Origin: Actinomycetes bacterium
GTDB lineage: Bacteria; Actinomycetota; Actinomycetes; S36-B12; UBA5976
DNA: 63,305 bases
Reading direction: 5' to 3'
Assembly (NCBI GenBank): GCA_021824095.1
Contig: JAKALQ010000003.1
Location: 1-63,305 of the forward strand
Part shown: piece after piece, positions 8,471 through 18,530 of the stretch
How positions within the stretch are numbered: the stretch's first letter is position 1
Layout of the letters: each line of letters starts with the position of its first letter
The notes under the pieces: generated by a model
What the model saw: only the letters and a program-made list of their open reading frames with translations
What the model was told of the DNA's origin: nothing
Database searches by the model: none
Position numbers and translations under genes: made by a program

Positions 8471-9850
8471 TCAGCAGATGGGGAGGCGCTCGGTGAGCCA
8501 GGCGCGCAGGCCAGCGATGGGCAGGCGCTGCTGCGCCATGGTGTCGCGCTCGCGCACGGTGACGGCGTCATCCTCGAGGCTCTCGAAGTCGACGGTGACG
8601 CAGAAGGGCGTGCCGATCTCGTCCTGGCGACGGTAGCGGCGGCCGATGGCGCCGGCGTCGTCGAAGTCGACGTTCCACGTGCGACGCAGGTCGGCGGCCA
8701 GCGCCTTCGCCTTCGGCGACAGGTCGGCGTTGCGCGACAGCGGCAGGACCGCCACCTTCACCGGGGCGAGACGGGGATCCAGGCGCAGCACCGTGCGGGT
8801 GTCGACGCCACCCTTCGTGTTCGGTGCCGAATCCTCGTCGTAGGCATCGAGCAGGAAGGCGAGCACGCAGCGGGTGAGGCCCGCGGCAGGCTCGATGACG
8901 TACGGCGTCCACCGCTCGCCCGTCTCCTGGTCGAAGAAGGTGAGGTCGGTACCCGAGTGCTCGCTGTGCGTGCGCAGGTCGTAGTCGGTACGGTTGGCGA
9001 TGCCCTCGAGCTCGGCCCACTCGCTGCCGGCGAAGCGGAAGCGGTACTCGATGTCGACGGTGCGCTTCGAGTAGTGGCTCAGCTTCTCCTTGGGATGCTC
9101 GAAGCGACGCATGTTCTCAGGGTTCATGCCGAGGTCGACGTACCAGTGCCAGCGTTGCTCGAGCCAGTACTCGTGCCACTCCTCGTCCGTGCCGGGCTTG
9201 ACGAAGAACTCCATCTCCATCTGCTCGAACTCACGGGTGCGGAAGATGAAGTTGCCGGGCGTGATCTCGTTGCGGAAGCTCTTGCCCGTCTGGCCGATGC
9301 CGAACGGGGGCTTGCGCCGGGCGGCATTGGCGACGTTGAGGTAGTTCACGAAGATGCCCTGGGCCGTCTCGGGACGCAGGTAGTGCAGCGCACCGGCATC
9401 CTCCACCGGGCCCACCATCGTGCGGAGCATGCCGTTGAAGTCACGCGGCTCGGTGAACTCGCCCTTGGTGCCGCAGTTCGTGCAGACGACCTCCTCGAGC
9501 CCGGTGGCCTCGCGCCCGTGCTTCTCGGCGAAGGCCTCGAGCATCTGGTCGGCACGCCAGCGGCGGTGGCACTTGCGGCACTCGGTAAGGGGGTCGACGA
9601 AGGCGTTCACATGGCCCGACGCCTCCCACACCTGGGGAGCGAGGATGACCGACGAGTCGAGGCCGACGACGTCCTCGCGCCCGCGCACCATGTACTGCCA
9701 CCACTGGCGGCGGATGTTCTCCTTGAGCTCGACGCCGAGCGGCCCGTAGTCCCAGGCGGAGCGGCTGCCGCCGTAGATCTCGGACGACTGGAACACGAAG
9801 CCACGACGCTTCGAGAGGTTGACGACGGCATCCACGCGATCAATCGCCAT
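8471..9850 (-). CDS. glyQS: Glycine--tRNA ligase (dimeric class II)
   Basis: It shows [43 protein letters not shown]. The ATG at 9850 has a GGAG 6 nt upstream; an alternative ATG lies at 9862. Confidence 0.95.
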   Translation of the reverse strand: MAIDRVDAVVNLSKRRGFVFQSSEIYGGSRSAWDYGPLGVELKENIRRQWWQYMVRGREDVVGLDSSVILAPQVWEASGHVNAFVDPLTECRKCHRRWRADQMLEAFAEKHGREATGLEEVVCTNCGTKGEFTEPRDFNGMLRTMVGPVEDAGALHYLRPETAQGIFVNYLNVANAARRKPPFGIGQTGKSFRNEITPGNFIFRTREFEQMEMEFFVKPGTDEEWHEYWLEQRWHWYVDLGMNPENMRRFEHPKEKLSHYSKRTVDIEYRFRFAGSEWAELEGIANRTDYDLRTHSEHSGTDLTFFDQETGERWTPYVIEPAAGLTRCVLAFLLDAYDEDSAPNTKGGVDTRTVLRLDPRLAPVKVAVLPLSRNADLSPKAKALAADLRRTWNVDFDDAGAIGRRYRRQDEIGTPFCVTVDFESLEDDAVTVRERDTMAQQRLPIAGLRAWLTERLPIC

Positions 9851-9921
9851 GCTGCGCTCCATTCCGGCTGGCTGTCGGCTGGTGGCCCATGGCCACGATT
9901 GCCGAAGTCTACTGTTGCCGC

Positions 9922-10329
9922 ATGGACACCGGATTCGTGGTCATCACCCGCTATCGCGTCGACGACCTCGAGGCCTGGATGCCGATCGCCACCGCCGCCC
10001 TTGCCCCACTCGTCACGCACCCGCAGTGCCTCGGCGGCGAGATCTGCGCCGCCGTCGACGAGGCCGACCTCGTTGCCATCGTCACCCGCTGGCCTTCCGT
10101 CGGTGACTACCGGCGGGCCATGTCGTCGTACGACGTGAAGCTGCACACCGTGCCACTGCTCTCGTCGTCGATCGACGAACCGACGACATACGAGGTGCTG
10201 CACGCGAACGGCCCGGAGGGTGCCCGCGACCTCGCCTCCGCACGCGCCCTCGACGCCGACACCATCAACCTCGGTGAGGCTGCGGCACCGAGCGTGCGAG
10301 CCCGTGGTCCACAGGCTCCGACCGCATGA
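9922..10329 (+). CDS. Small ABM (antibiotic-biosynthesis-monooxygenase)-like / hypothetical protein
   Basis: [13 protein letters not shown]...[18 protein letters not shown] resembles a ferredoxin-like ABM fold. The assignment is tentative. Confidence 0.45.
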   Translation: MDTGFVVITRYRVDDLEAWMPIATAALAPLVTHPQCLGGEICAAVDEADLVAIVTRWPSVGDYRRAMSSYDVKLHTVPLLSSSIDEPTTYEVLHANGPEGARDLASARALDADTINLGEAAAPSVRARGPQAPTA

Positions 10330-10366
10330 CGCACCGGCGGGGCGTCCCCTGTGCGACGATCCGACC

Positions 10367-10663
10367 ATGACGGCACAGCGTCCCCGTACGCGCCTCGAGC
10401 GCGCCTCCGCCCCGCTCCTCGCCCGGCTGCACGCCCTGCCCCGCGTCACCCTGCCGGCGCTCACGGTGCTGCTGCTGCTTGGTGGGCTCCTCGTCCCGAT
10501 CACCGCCGTGGCCGTGCTCCTGCTCGGCCTGCTGCTGCTCCTCCTGCTGTGGCTGCTCGCCCTCTCCTGGCCACTGCTGGCACCCGGGCCGCGACTGTTG
10601 CGGGTGCTCGTGCTCGCGATCCTCGCCATCACCATCGTGCAGCGGGTGCAGCGTCCGTTCTGA
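10367..10663 (+). CDS. Small two-TM membrane protein (hypothetical)
   Basis: It starts MTAQRPRTRLERASAPLLARL, followed by two very Leu-rich hydrophobic helices. Third positions are G/C-rich. Confidence 0.5.
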   Translation: MTAQRPRTRLERASAPLLARLHALPRVTLPALTVLLLLGGLLVPITAVAVLLLGLLLLLLLWLLALSWPLLAPGPRLLRVLVLAILAITIVQRVQRPF

Positions 10664-10701
10664 TGGTGCGCATCCGAACCGACCGCGAACACAACTGATT
10701 T

Positions 10702-10716
10702 TGAGAATCATTCTCA
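10702..10716 (+). promoter_or_regulatory. Zur box (perfect 7-1-7 palindrome TGAGAAT-C-ATTCTCA)
   Basis: It lies 20 nt upstream of the ZIP transporter ATG in an AT-rich patch (TTTTGAGAATCATTCTCATTCTCAG). It matches the actinobacterial Zur consensus TGAAAATCATTTTCA type, and a Fur-family gene follows the transporter. Confidence 0.75.
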
Positions 10717-10735
10717 TTCTCAGTACGATCGCGCC

Positions 10736-11476
10736 ATGGCAATCCTGTTCGCGCTCTTCACGGTGCTCTCGACCACGCTCGGCGGCACCCTCGCCCTGAA
10801 GTCCCACAACCGACTGCACCTCACGCTCGGCCTCTCCGCGGGCCTCATCCTCGGCCTCGTCTCCTTCGACCTGCTGCCCGAGGTGTTCCGCATCAACACC
10901 GCGACCGCGATGGGCGTGCCGCTCGTGATGGTGGCCTTCGTCGCCGGCTTCGTCCTGCTGCACCTGCTCGAGCGCCTCTCCGGCGCGCACGAGCCCCTCG
11001 ACGGGGACGAGCACGAGCACGGGCATGCCCACACCGCCACGGGCGTGCTCGGCGCGATCGCCATGGCCGGGCACGTCTTCCTCGACGGTGTCGCCATCGG
11101 CGTCGCCTTCCAGCTCTCGAAGGGCGTCGGCCTCGCGGTCGCCCTCGCCGTCATCGCCCACGCCTTCAGCGACGGCCTCAACACCGTGAGCCTGCTCATC
11201 CACCATGGTCACTGGCAGAACCGCGCCAAGTGGCTGCTGCTGCTCGATGCGGCCGCACGCACGAGCGGTGCCGCCTTCGGCACCTACGTCATGTTCTCCG
11301 ACCACTGGCTGGGGCTCTACCTCGCCATGTTCGCGGGCTTCCTCATCTACCTGGCGACGTCGCACATCCTCCCCGAGGCGCACAGTCGGCACTCGTCGCG
11401 CGTCACCCTCGCCACCACCGTCGCGGGCATCGTCATCATGTTCTTCGTGGTGTCGGGCACGCAGTCGCTCGGGTGA
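10736..11476 (+). CDS. zupT: ZIP-family divalent metal (zinc) transporter
   Basis: It has the multi-TM profile, a His-rich loop (HEPLDGDEHEHGHAH) and a ZIP signature region (HVFLDGVAIGVAF, AHAFSDGL). Confidence 0.85.
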   Translation: MAILFALFTVLSTTLGGTLALKSHNRLHLTLGLSAGLILGLVSFDLLPEVFRINTATAMGVPLVMVAFVAGFVLLHLLERLSGAHEPLDGDEHEHGHAHTATGVLGAIAMAGHVFLDGVAIGVAFQLSKGVGLAVALAVIAHAFSDGLNTVSLLIHHGHWQNRAKWLLLLDAAARTSGAAFGTYVMFSDHWLGLYLAMFAGFLIYLATSHILPEAHSRHSSRVTLATTVAGIVIMFFVVSGTQSLG

Positions 11477-11481
11477 CCTCG

Positions 11482-11871
11482 ATGGCCGCTCCCCGCGACA
11501 CCCCACAACGACGGGCCATCGAGGCGGTCCTCGCCGCCGCAGACGGGTTCTGCACCGCCCAGGACGTGCATGCACGCCTCCGCGCGGAGGGGCACGGCAC
11601 GGGCCTCGCCACGGTGTACCGGCACCTCGCCGCACTCGTGGAGCAGGGCCGGGTGGACGTCGTCACCTCGCCTGGCGGTGAGGCCCGCTACCGCAGCTGC
11701 TCGGGTTCGCACCACCATCACCTCACGTGCACCGAGTGCGGTCGCAGCGTCGAGGTGCGCATCGATGCGATCGAGCGCGCCTGCGCTCGTGTGGGCGCAG
11801 AGCACGGCTTCCGCGACGTCCACCACACGATCGAACTCTCCGGCGTGTGCGACGCCCACCCGGCGCCCTGA
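11482..11871 (+). CDS. zur: Fur-family metalloregulator, probably Zur
   Basis: It shows PQRRAIEAVLAAADGFCTAQDV and GLATVYRHLAALVEQG (winged helix), and HHHHLTCTECG...C metal sites. It lies 6 nt downstream of the Zur-box-controlled ZIP gene. Confidence 0.8.
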   Translation: MAAPRDTPQRRAIEAVLAAADGFCTAQDVHARLRAEGHGTGLATVYRHLAALVEQGRVDVVTSPGGEARYRSCSGSHHHHLTCTECGRSVEVRIDAIERACARVGAEHGFRDVHHTIELSGVCDAHPAP

Positions 11872-11875
11872 CGGA

Positions 11876-13555
11876 TCAGGCCGATGCGCGCCCGCGCGTG
11901 AGCACCTGCGGGCCATCAGCCCCGGGGACGACGACGACGTCCGTCGCCTGCTGCGCCTCGATCGCCGTGGCGATGGCGTCCACGTCCCAGCCGGGAGCAG
12001 GTTCCGCCGTGGGCACCAGGTCGATGTGCGCGTGCAGGCGTCCGGTGAGTGCAGCCAGGGCCGTCGCATCCATGGGGCCCACGAGGAGCACCTGCCGGGT
12101 CGGCGGCGACGGACTGACGGCGCGGTCCGCCCGGAAGACGCGCCAGTGGGCAGCGGCGACAACGCCCCCGCTCACCACCACGCCCATCGCCCAGCGCACC
12201 CGGCGGAGGGTGCCAAGGCCAAGGCGCCCGGACACGAGGTCGTCGAAGGTGAAGGCGACGGCAACGATGAGCGCTCCGACAGCCGCGAGCCCGACGACAC
12301 CGAAGAGCACGACGAGCAGCACGCGCCGAGCCACCGACGCCCGCTCCCCCACGGGATCCGCGGCCACTGCGGCACGGATCCCCTGCCAGCGCACGGCCCA
12401 GAGGGGGCCGCCGACGAGCAGCAGCGTGCAGGCGAGCAGGAGCGTGTTGCGCGCGGGCGGCCCGGCGAGCGCCAGACCCTGGGTCACCGTCTCGAGCAGG
12501 GCCGCCGTGAGCACCACACCGGCTGCACCGATGGCGGCGAGCGCGATCCCGGTGGTCGCGTAGTCGGCGATGCGCTGCGGCTCATCACGCCGTGGGCCAC
12601 CGGTGCGGGCGAGCAGCGTCACATGCACCTGCCGCACCACGAGGCCGGCCACCAGTGCACCGATGGCCGACGCGGACTCGCGCACCGTGTCCATGAGGTC
12701 GATGGACGAGGGGGTGCCGATCCACCACACGAGCAGTCGGTCGAGGACGACGGCGGCACCGACGACCGCCGCGATGGTGCCACCACCCACTCCAGCAACC
12801 ACGAGGTAGGCCCGCCCCGCCACCGTCACGGGCGGCACGCGCAGGGCGCTGCGCCACAGGAGCCCCCACACGCTCGTGCCAACGAGCAGGGCCGCGAGTG
12901 CGCGCAGGGCAGCAGGTGTGCCGACATCGGCCAGCAGCGCATGCGGCAACAGGCCCTCGACCGCAGCGGCCACGAGCGAGGCAAGCCCGGAGGCAGCCGT
13001 CCACAGCGCGAGCACTGCGACCGCGAGGCGATGCGGCCGCGGCTCCCCCACGGTGCGAGTGCGGGCGTCAAGACGCACCTGCGCGGCCCACAGCGCACCC
13101 CACACGAGCACCCGGGCCCCTGCGCCGGCATCGAGCGTCGCACCACCGAACAGCCACAGCAGCAGATCCTGCAGTCCCTGCATGGTGACGACGGCGGCGG
13201 TGAGTTCGACGGCCCCGAGTGCGAGCGCCCAGGCCGTCGAACGCGCCTCCTGGGGGTCGGCCCGCAGTTGACGTCGCGTGAGCACAGCGAGCAGGACGAG
13301 TGTGGGGGCACCGACCACGATGAAGGCGAGGTCGCGTGCGAGCCCCACCCGATCGTCGACGGCGAGGGAGGTGCGATCGAGCAGGCGGGTGAGCACGCCG
13401 GTGGCACCGACGGCGAGCACCCCCTCCATCGCGACGAGGAGCAGGTACTGGAAGAAGCGGCGAACCGTGGTGCCGGCCCCCGGGGACGGCGCACGATGCC
13501 GGGCCCGGGCCAAGACAAGGATGGCGAGGAGCACGACCGCGATGGTGGCGATCAC
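11876..13555 (-). CDS. Large polytopic membrane protein with a soluble C-terminal domain (unknown function)
   Basis: It has at least 10 hydrophobic segments. The GTG at 13555 forms a GTGA overlap with the upstream stop; the alternative ATG at 13612 would overlap by 61 nt. Confidence 0.6.
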   Translation of the reverse strand: MIATIAVVLLAILVLARARHRAPSPGAGTTVRRFFQYLLLVAMEGVLAVGATGVLTRLLDRTSLAVDDRVGLARDLAFIVVGAPTLVLLAVLTRRQLRADPQEARSTAWALALGAVELTAAVVTMQGLQDLLLWLFGGATLDAGAGARVLVWGALWAAQVRLDARTRTVGEPRPHRLAVAVLALWTAASGLASLVAAAVEGLLPHALLADVGTPAALRALAALLVGTSVWGLLWRSALRVPPVTVAGRAYLVVAGVGGGTIAAVVGAAVVLDRLLVWWIGTPSSIDLMDTVRESASAIGALVAGLVVRQVHVTLLARTGGPRRDEPQRIADYATTGIALAAIGAAGVVLTAALLETVTQGLALAGPPARNTLLLACTLLLVGGPLWAVRWQGIRAAVAADPVGERASVARRVLLVVLFGVVGLAAVGALIVAVAFTFDDLVSGRLGLGTLRRVRWAMGVVVSGGVVAAAHWRVFRADRAVSPSPPTRQVLLVGPMDATALAALTGRLHAHIDLVPTAEPAPGWDVDAIATAIEAQQATDVVVVPGADGPQVLTRGRASA

Positions 13556-13995
13556 GCGGGCACCTGCCGGGCGCAGCCGCCAAGTGGCCAGGGGATGCCG
13601 GTGATGCGCCACTCGGCATCGATGCGCTGCAGCCGCAGGGTGCGCTCCTCACTCCACGATCCGCCGAACGGGTCCCCCGTCGACTGCACGATGCGGATGC
13701 GCACCTGTGCCGTCGACGCGCCACTCGTGGTGTCGATGAGGTCGACGCGCACGGCATCGGGCAGTGCGACCGTGTCGAGATCGCCGGCCGTACAGGGTCC
13801 CGCGGGATCGAGCCGCGCCGCGGCGTCGGCAGTGCGTCCGTCGAGCAGGGCGGTGAGGTAGGCCTGCACCGCGCCCTCTGGGCTGGAGGGGTCGCGGGCG
13901 GGCACGCGCGTGCCTGCGAGGCCGGCAACGATGAGCAGCACGATGACGATGGCGCCGAGGGTGGCGCCGGCAACGGTTCGCGCCCGAGTGCGCAT
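13552..13995 (-). CDS. Membrane-anchored hypothetical protein
   Basis: It starts MRTRARTVAGATLGAIVIVLLIVAGLAG (signal anchor) followed by a ~110-aa extracytoplasmic domain. It is translationally coupled to the next gene. Confidence 0.55.
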   Translation of the reverse strand: MRTRARTVAGATLGAIVIVLLIVAGLAGTRVPARDPSSPEGAVQAYLTALLDGRTADAAARLDPAGPCTAGDLDTVALPDAVRVDLIDTTSGASTAQVRIRIVQSTGDPFGGSWSEERTLRLQRIDAEWRITGIPWPLGGCARQVPA

Positions 13996-14058
13996 GCCCC
14001 CACTGTGCACGTGCGCAGCGCGACCCACAAGGAGCGAGGGGCTCACAGTCCCCTCACC

Positions 14059-14082
14059 GATGCCTCGGGCCTGCGAGGCATC
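14059..14082 (-). terminator. Hairpin after uppS
   Basis: GATGCCTCG-ggcctg-CGAGGCATC lies 4 nt after the uppS stop. A second GAGGGG/CCCCTC hairpin follows it. Confidence 0.4.
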
Positions 14083-14086
14083 CGGA

Positions 14087-14842
14087 TCAGGCGCGGCCGA
14101 AGCGTCGCTGTCGGGCGTTGAACTCCTCGACTGCCTGCCACAGGTGCCGTCGATCGACGTCTGGCCAGAGGGCATCGAGGAACACCAGCTCGGCGTAGGA
14201 CGCCTGCCAGGGCAGGAAGTTGCTGGTGCGCTGCTCGCCGGACGAGCGGATGAACAGGTCGACGTCGGGCATCTCGGGGTCGTACAGGTGCCGCGACAGC
14301 ATGCGCTCGTCGACTGCCGAGGGGTCGATGCGTCCCGCGGCCACCTCGGTGGCGATGCTGCGCACGGCGTCGGCGAGTTCGGCGCGCCCGCCGTAGTTCA
14401 CGCACATGGTGAGCGTGAGGCGACGATTGTGCCGGGTGCGCTCCACGGCCGTCTCGAGCTCTGTGATGACCGACCGCCACAGCCGCCGCTCGCGCCCGAT
14501 CCAGCGCACGCGCACCCCGAGGGCGTCAAGCTCGTCGCGCCGACGACGGATGACGTCACGGTTGAACCCCATGAGGAAGCGCACCTCATCCGGCGAGCGC
14601 TTCCAGTTCTCGGTGGAGAAGGCGTAGGCGGACAGCCACGGGATGCCGAGTTCCAGGGCACCATGCACGACATCGAGGAGCGACGCCTCCCCCGCCTCGT
14701 GCCCGGCCGTGCGCGGCAGGCCGCGCTGCTGCGCCCAGCGCCCGTTGCCGTCCATGACGATGGCGACGTGGCGTGGCACGACCGCGACCTCCGGTGGGCG
14801 CACGCCCGATGGGTGCGGCGGCGGGTCCAGGTGTCGTGCCAT
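14087..14842 (-). CDS. uppS: Isoprenyl transferase (undecaprenyl-diphosphate synthase family)
   Basis: It shows [25 protein letters not shown] and [16 protein letters not shown]. Confidence 0.95.
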   Translation of the reverse strand: MARHLDPPPHPSGVRPPEVAVVPRHVAIVMDGNGRWAQQRGLPRTAGHEAGEASLLDVVHGALELGIPWLSAYAFSTENWKRSPDEVRFLMGFNRDVIRRRRDELDALGVRVRWIGRERRLWRSVITELETAVERTRHNRRLTLTMCVNYGGRAELADAVRSIATEVAAGRIDPSAVDERMLSRHLYDPEMPDVDLFIRSSGEQRTSNFLPWQASYAELVFLDALWPDVDRRHLWQAVEEFNARQRRFGRA

Positions 14843-14850
14843 GCCATCCC

Positions 14851-15585
14851 TCACCCGGTGCGGTCGACGAGCGGCAACGACTTCAACGTGCGCTCCAGGT
14901 GCCACTGCACCTGCGCCGCCACGATACCGGAGGCCTCACGACGATGGCGTGGCTCGCTCGCGTCGGCCACGCCCCAGTCGCCGGAGAGCAGCGCCGCGAG
15001 CAGGGCGAGTGTGGGCGGTGCGGGCGCGATCGCACCGGCAGGACGGCAGCGGTCGCACAGTGCGCCACCGGCATTCACCGAGAACCAGCGGTGCGGGCCG
15101 GGTGCGCTGCAGCGAGCACAGTCCTGGAACGAGGTTGCCCAACCAGCGAGCGCGAGGCTGCGCAGCAGGAAGGCATCGAGCACGAGTGTTGCCTCATGCT
15201 CGGCATCTGCCAGCGCCCGCAGCCCACCGACGAGGAGCAGGAACTGCTGCGGCGCCGGCGTGCGCTCCTCCGGGGTGAGGCGCTCGCTCGCCTCGAGCAT
15301 GGCCTGGCCCGCCGTCCAGCGCGGGTAGTCATCGACGAGGCGTGCACCGTAGGCGGCAATGGTCTCCACCTGCTGCACCACGTCGAGGGAGCGACCGATG
15401 TGTGCCTGCAGGTCGACGAGCGTGAAGGGCTCAAGGCGCGCGCCGTACCGGCTGGACGTGCGCCGCACCCCCTTCGCCACGGCCCGGATCCGTCCGTGTC
15501 GGCGGCTCAGCAGCGTGATGATGCGGTCGGCCTCACCGAGCTTGTGCGTGCGCAGCACGACGGCCTCATCACGGAACACCGGCAT
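14851..15585 (-). CDS. recO: DNA repair protein RecO
   Basis: It starts [42 protein letters not shown] and has the C-terminal CxxC...CxxC zinc motif (CARC..CDRC). Confidence 0.95.
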   Translation of the reverse strand: MPVFRDEAVVLRTHKLGEADRIITLLSRRHGRIRAVAKGVRRTSSRYGARLEPFTLVDLQAHIGRSLDVVQQVETIAAYGARLVDDYPRWTAGQAMLEASERLTPEERTPAPQQFLLLVGGLRALADAEHEATLVLDAFLLRSLALAGWATSFQDCARCSAPGPHRWFSVNAGGALCDRCRPAGAIAPAPPTLALLAALLSGDWGVADASEPRHRREASGIVAAQVQWHLERTLKSLPLVDRTG

Positions 15586-15643
15586 GCGCCGATTCTGCCC
15601 TCCCCGGGCGCCTCCCGCCGGTACATTCGGTGCAGGAGGTGCC

Positions 15644-16735
15644 ATGACGTCGCACGAACCACCGACACCCATCCGGCTCGACCACACCTCGGTGCGCCGC
15701 CTCCTCGTCTCCGCGGTCATCGCCATCGTCGTGCTGCAGGTGCTGGAGTCACTCTTCAGCGCCACCGCGTCGTTCCTCTTCATGCTGCTGCTGGCCTGGA
15801 TCATCTCCATCGCCATGGAGCCGCCGGTGCGCGCCCTCGAGCGACGCGGCCTGCGACGCGGGCTGGCCGCGGGCCTCGTCCTGCTTGGCGTCTTCGTCGC
15901 CGTCGCGGGCTTCCTGTCCGCGTTCGGCAGCCTGTTCTTCGGCCAGCTTGCCCAAGCCGTGCAGGACCTGCCTCGGGTCATCGACTCCGTCGTGCGCTGG
16001 ACGAACACCACCTTCCACGCCACGCTCGACCCGCAATCGATCACGCAGCAGCTGAGCCTCACCCCCGACAAGGTCGCGAGTGTGGCCAGCAGCGTTGCCG
16101 GCGGTGTGCTCGGCATCGTGTCCGGTGTCGTCGGCTTCATCTTCGAGACGCTCACGATCCTCGTCTTCGCCTTCTACCTCAGCGCCGAGTCGACCCGGGT
16201 GCGACGCACGATCGCGTCATGGCTGCCACCGGCACGGCAACGGGTGTTCGTGTCCGTGTGGGACATCGCGGTCGCCAAGACCGGTGGCTTCGTCGTCTCA
16301 CGCGTCGTGCTCGCCGCGCTCTCGGCGCTGGCCCACACGGTCGCCTTCTGGGTCATCGGGGTGCCCTTCTGGATGCCGCTCGGCCTCTTCGCCGGCGTCA
16401 CCTCGCAGTTCATCCCGACGTTCGGCACCTACATCGGCATCGTGGTGCCGGTGGCCTTCTCGGCGGTGAGCCAGCCGCTGGACTGCCTCTGGATCATCGC
16501 CTTCGCCACCGTGTACCAGCAGGTCGAGAACTACGTCATCGGCCCACGCGTCAGTCGCGCGACGATGGACCTGCATCCCGCGTTCGCCTTGGCGGCGGTG
16601 TTCGTCGGTGCAGCGGTGCTCGGGCCCATCGGGGCACTCATCGGCATCCCCATCGCGGCTGCCGTCATCGCGGTGATCGACACCTACGGACGACGCTACG
16701 AGCTGCTGCCCGAGCTGCACCCCGACGCGGAGTAG
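15644..16735 (+). CDS. AI-2E (PerM/YhhT) family transporter
   Basis: It has a multi-TM profile, [12 protein letters not shown] and [20 protein letters not shown] lies 5 nt before the ATG at 15644. Confidence 0.85.
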   Translation: MTSHEPPTPIRLDHTSVRRLLVSAVIAIVVLQVLESLFSATASFLFMLLLAWIISIAMEPPVRALERRGLRRGLAAGLVLLGVFVAVAGFLSAFGSLFFGQLAQAVQDLPRVIDSVVRWTNTTFHATLDPQSITQQLSLTPDKVASVASSVAGGVLGIVSGVVGFIFETLTILVFAFYLSAESTRVRRTIASWLPPARQRVFVSVWDIAVAKTGGFVVSRVVLAALSALAHTVAFWVIGVPFWMPLGLFAGVTSQFIPTFGTYIGIVVPVAFSAVSQPLDCLWIIAFATVYQQVENYVIGPRVSRATMDLHPAFALAAVFVGAAVLGPIGALIGIPIAAAVIAVIDTYGRRYELLPELHPDAE

Positions 16736-16744
16736 CACCCGACG

Positions 16745-17650
16745 CTAGAAGCCCAGTCGGCGCATCTGCTTGGGATCCTGCTGCCAGTCCTTCGCGACCT
16801 TCACGCGGATGTCGAGGTGCACCCGGGTGCCGAGCAGCGGCTCGATGGCCGCTCGCGCGCGTGTGCCCACCTCGCGCAGGCGTGAGCCGCCGCGACCGAT
16901 GACGATGGCCTTCTGCGAATCGCGTTCCACGTAGAGCACGGCGTACACGTCGAGCAGCGGCTCACTGCGCCCCTCCCGTGGCAGCATCTCCTCGATGACC
17001 ACGGCGATGGAGTGTGGGAGCTCGTCGCGCACCCCGTCGAGCGCGGCCTCGCGGATGAACTCGGCGACGAGCGCTTCCTCCGGCTCGTCGGTGATCTCAC
17101 CGAGCGGGTAGAGGGGCCCTGACTCCGGCATGAGCGGCAGCAGCGCCCCCACGAGGTCGTCGAGCTGCACGCCGTCGCGAGCCGACACCGGCACGATGTG
17201 CTCCCATGCGAAGCCCTGCTCCTGGGCGAGGGCGTCGACGTCGAGCAGGCGCGTCGCCAGTGCCGCACGATCGACGCGGTCGGTCTTCGTGAGCACAGCC
17301 ACCTTGGGGGTGCGGCGCATGGCGCCGATCTCACCGGCGATGAAGCGATCGCCGGGGCCGATGGCCTCGTCGGCGGGCAGGCACATGACGATGACGTCGA
17401 CCTCCGCCCACGTCTCGCGCACGAGCTCGTTGAGGCGCTCCCCGAGCAGGGTGCGCGGCCGGTGCACGCCCGGGGTGTCGACGAGCACCAGTTGCCCGTC
17501 GTCACGATGCACGAGTCCGCGGATGGTGTGGCGCGTGGTCTGCGGCTTGTCGGAGGTGATCGCCACCTTGTGCCCCACGAGCGCATTCGTGAGCGTCGAC
17601 TTGCCGGCGTTGGGGCGACCCACGATGCAGGCGAACCCGGCCCTATACAA
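16745..17650 (-). CDS. era: GTPase Era
   Basis: It has G1 GRPNAGKST, G3 DTPG, NKTD-like LTKTD and a C-terminal KH domain. Confidence 0.95.
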   Translation of the reverse strand: MYRAGFACIVGRPNAGKSTLTNALVGHKVAITSDKPQTTRHTIRGLVHRDDGQLVLVDTPGVHRPRTLLGERLNELVRETWAEVDVIVMCLPADEAIGPGDRFIAGEIGAMRRTPKVAVLTKTDRVDRAALATRLLDVDALAQEQGFAWEHIVPVSARDGVQLDDLVGALLPLMPESGPLYPLGEITDEPEEALVAEFIREAALDGVRDELPHSIAVVIEEMLPREGRSEPLLDVYAVLYVERDSQKAIVIGRGGSRLREVGTRARAAIEPLLGTRVHLDIRVKVAKDWQQDPKQMRRLGF

Positions 17651-18530
17651 CCGCCACCGTCCTCGTCTCGTTGTGGGCCACGAGTGCGAGGCCCGCGGCG
17701 ATCATGGCGCATCCGAGCCACCCGCGCACGGGCATGGTCTCACCGAGCACCCCGACACCGAGGAGCGTGGCGACCAGCGGCTCGCTCAGCACGAGGGTGG
17801 CCACGACGCCCGGCGCCAGGTGCGTGAGCCCGTAGCCGAACATGACGTACGCGGTGGTCGTCGACGCGAGGCCAAGCCACAGCGCCAGCGCCAGCCCGGG
17901 GCCCGTGGCGAGCCAACCGGCCTCGACGGCGAGGAACGGCAGCAGGAGCAGGGCCCCGATGGCGAAGGAGGCCGCCAGCGCGTCGGTGGCGTGCTGGTCA
18001 CGCTCGATACTGCGGGCACCGAACACGGTGTAGCCGCCGTACGAGAGGCTGGCACCGGCCGCGAGCAGCGCGCCGATCACCCGGTGGTTGCCCGCCGTCC
18101 CACCCGTGGGCCAGCCGAGCAGCGCCACACCAACGAGCGCCAATGCGGTGGCCGCCATCCACGCACGACCGGGCCACGGGCGACCGAAGGCGCGGGCGAT
18201 GCTCGCCGTGAAGAAGGGTGAGAGGGAGATCGACACGAGGGACGCGATGGCGACTCCACCGACCGCGACGGAGGAGAAGAAGAGCGCCATGTAGCCGGCG
18301 ACACCGACGCCCATCATCCAGGTCTCCCGATGGCGCCAGAGCCCGAGGAGCGGCGCCATGCCGCGGCCGCGCGCCGCGACGGCGACGAGCCCGACCGAGC
18401 CGACGAGCAGGCGTGCCGCGGCGATCGCCAGTGCGGAGGCCCCGGTGGCGGCGAGCACGCTCGCGGTGCCGGTGGTGCCGAAGAGGAAGCCGGAGGCGAT
18501 GACGACGAGCGCAGCGCGCCCCGACCTCAC
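17643..18530 (-). CDS. EamA/DMT-family transporter
   Basis: It has ten hydrophobic segments in two EamA-like halves. It overlaps both neighbours (by 8 nt and 4 nt). Confidence 0.8.
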   Translation of the reverse strand: MRSGRAALVVIASGFLFGTTGTASVLAATGASALAIAAARLLVGSVGLVAVAARGRGMAPLLGLWRHRETWMMGVGVAGYMALFFSSVAVGGVAIASLVSISLSPFFTASIARAFGRPWPGRAWMAATALALVGVALLGWPTGGTAGNHRVIGALLAAGASLSYGGYTVFGARSIERDQHATDALAASFAIGALLLLPFLAVEAGWLATGPGLALALWLGLASTTTAYVMFGYGLTHLAPGVVATLVLSEPLVATLLGVGVLGETMPVRGWLGCAMIAAGLALVAHNETRTVAVV

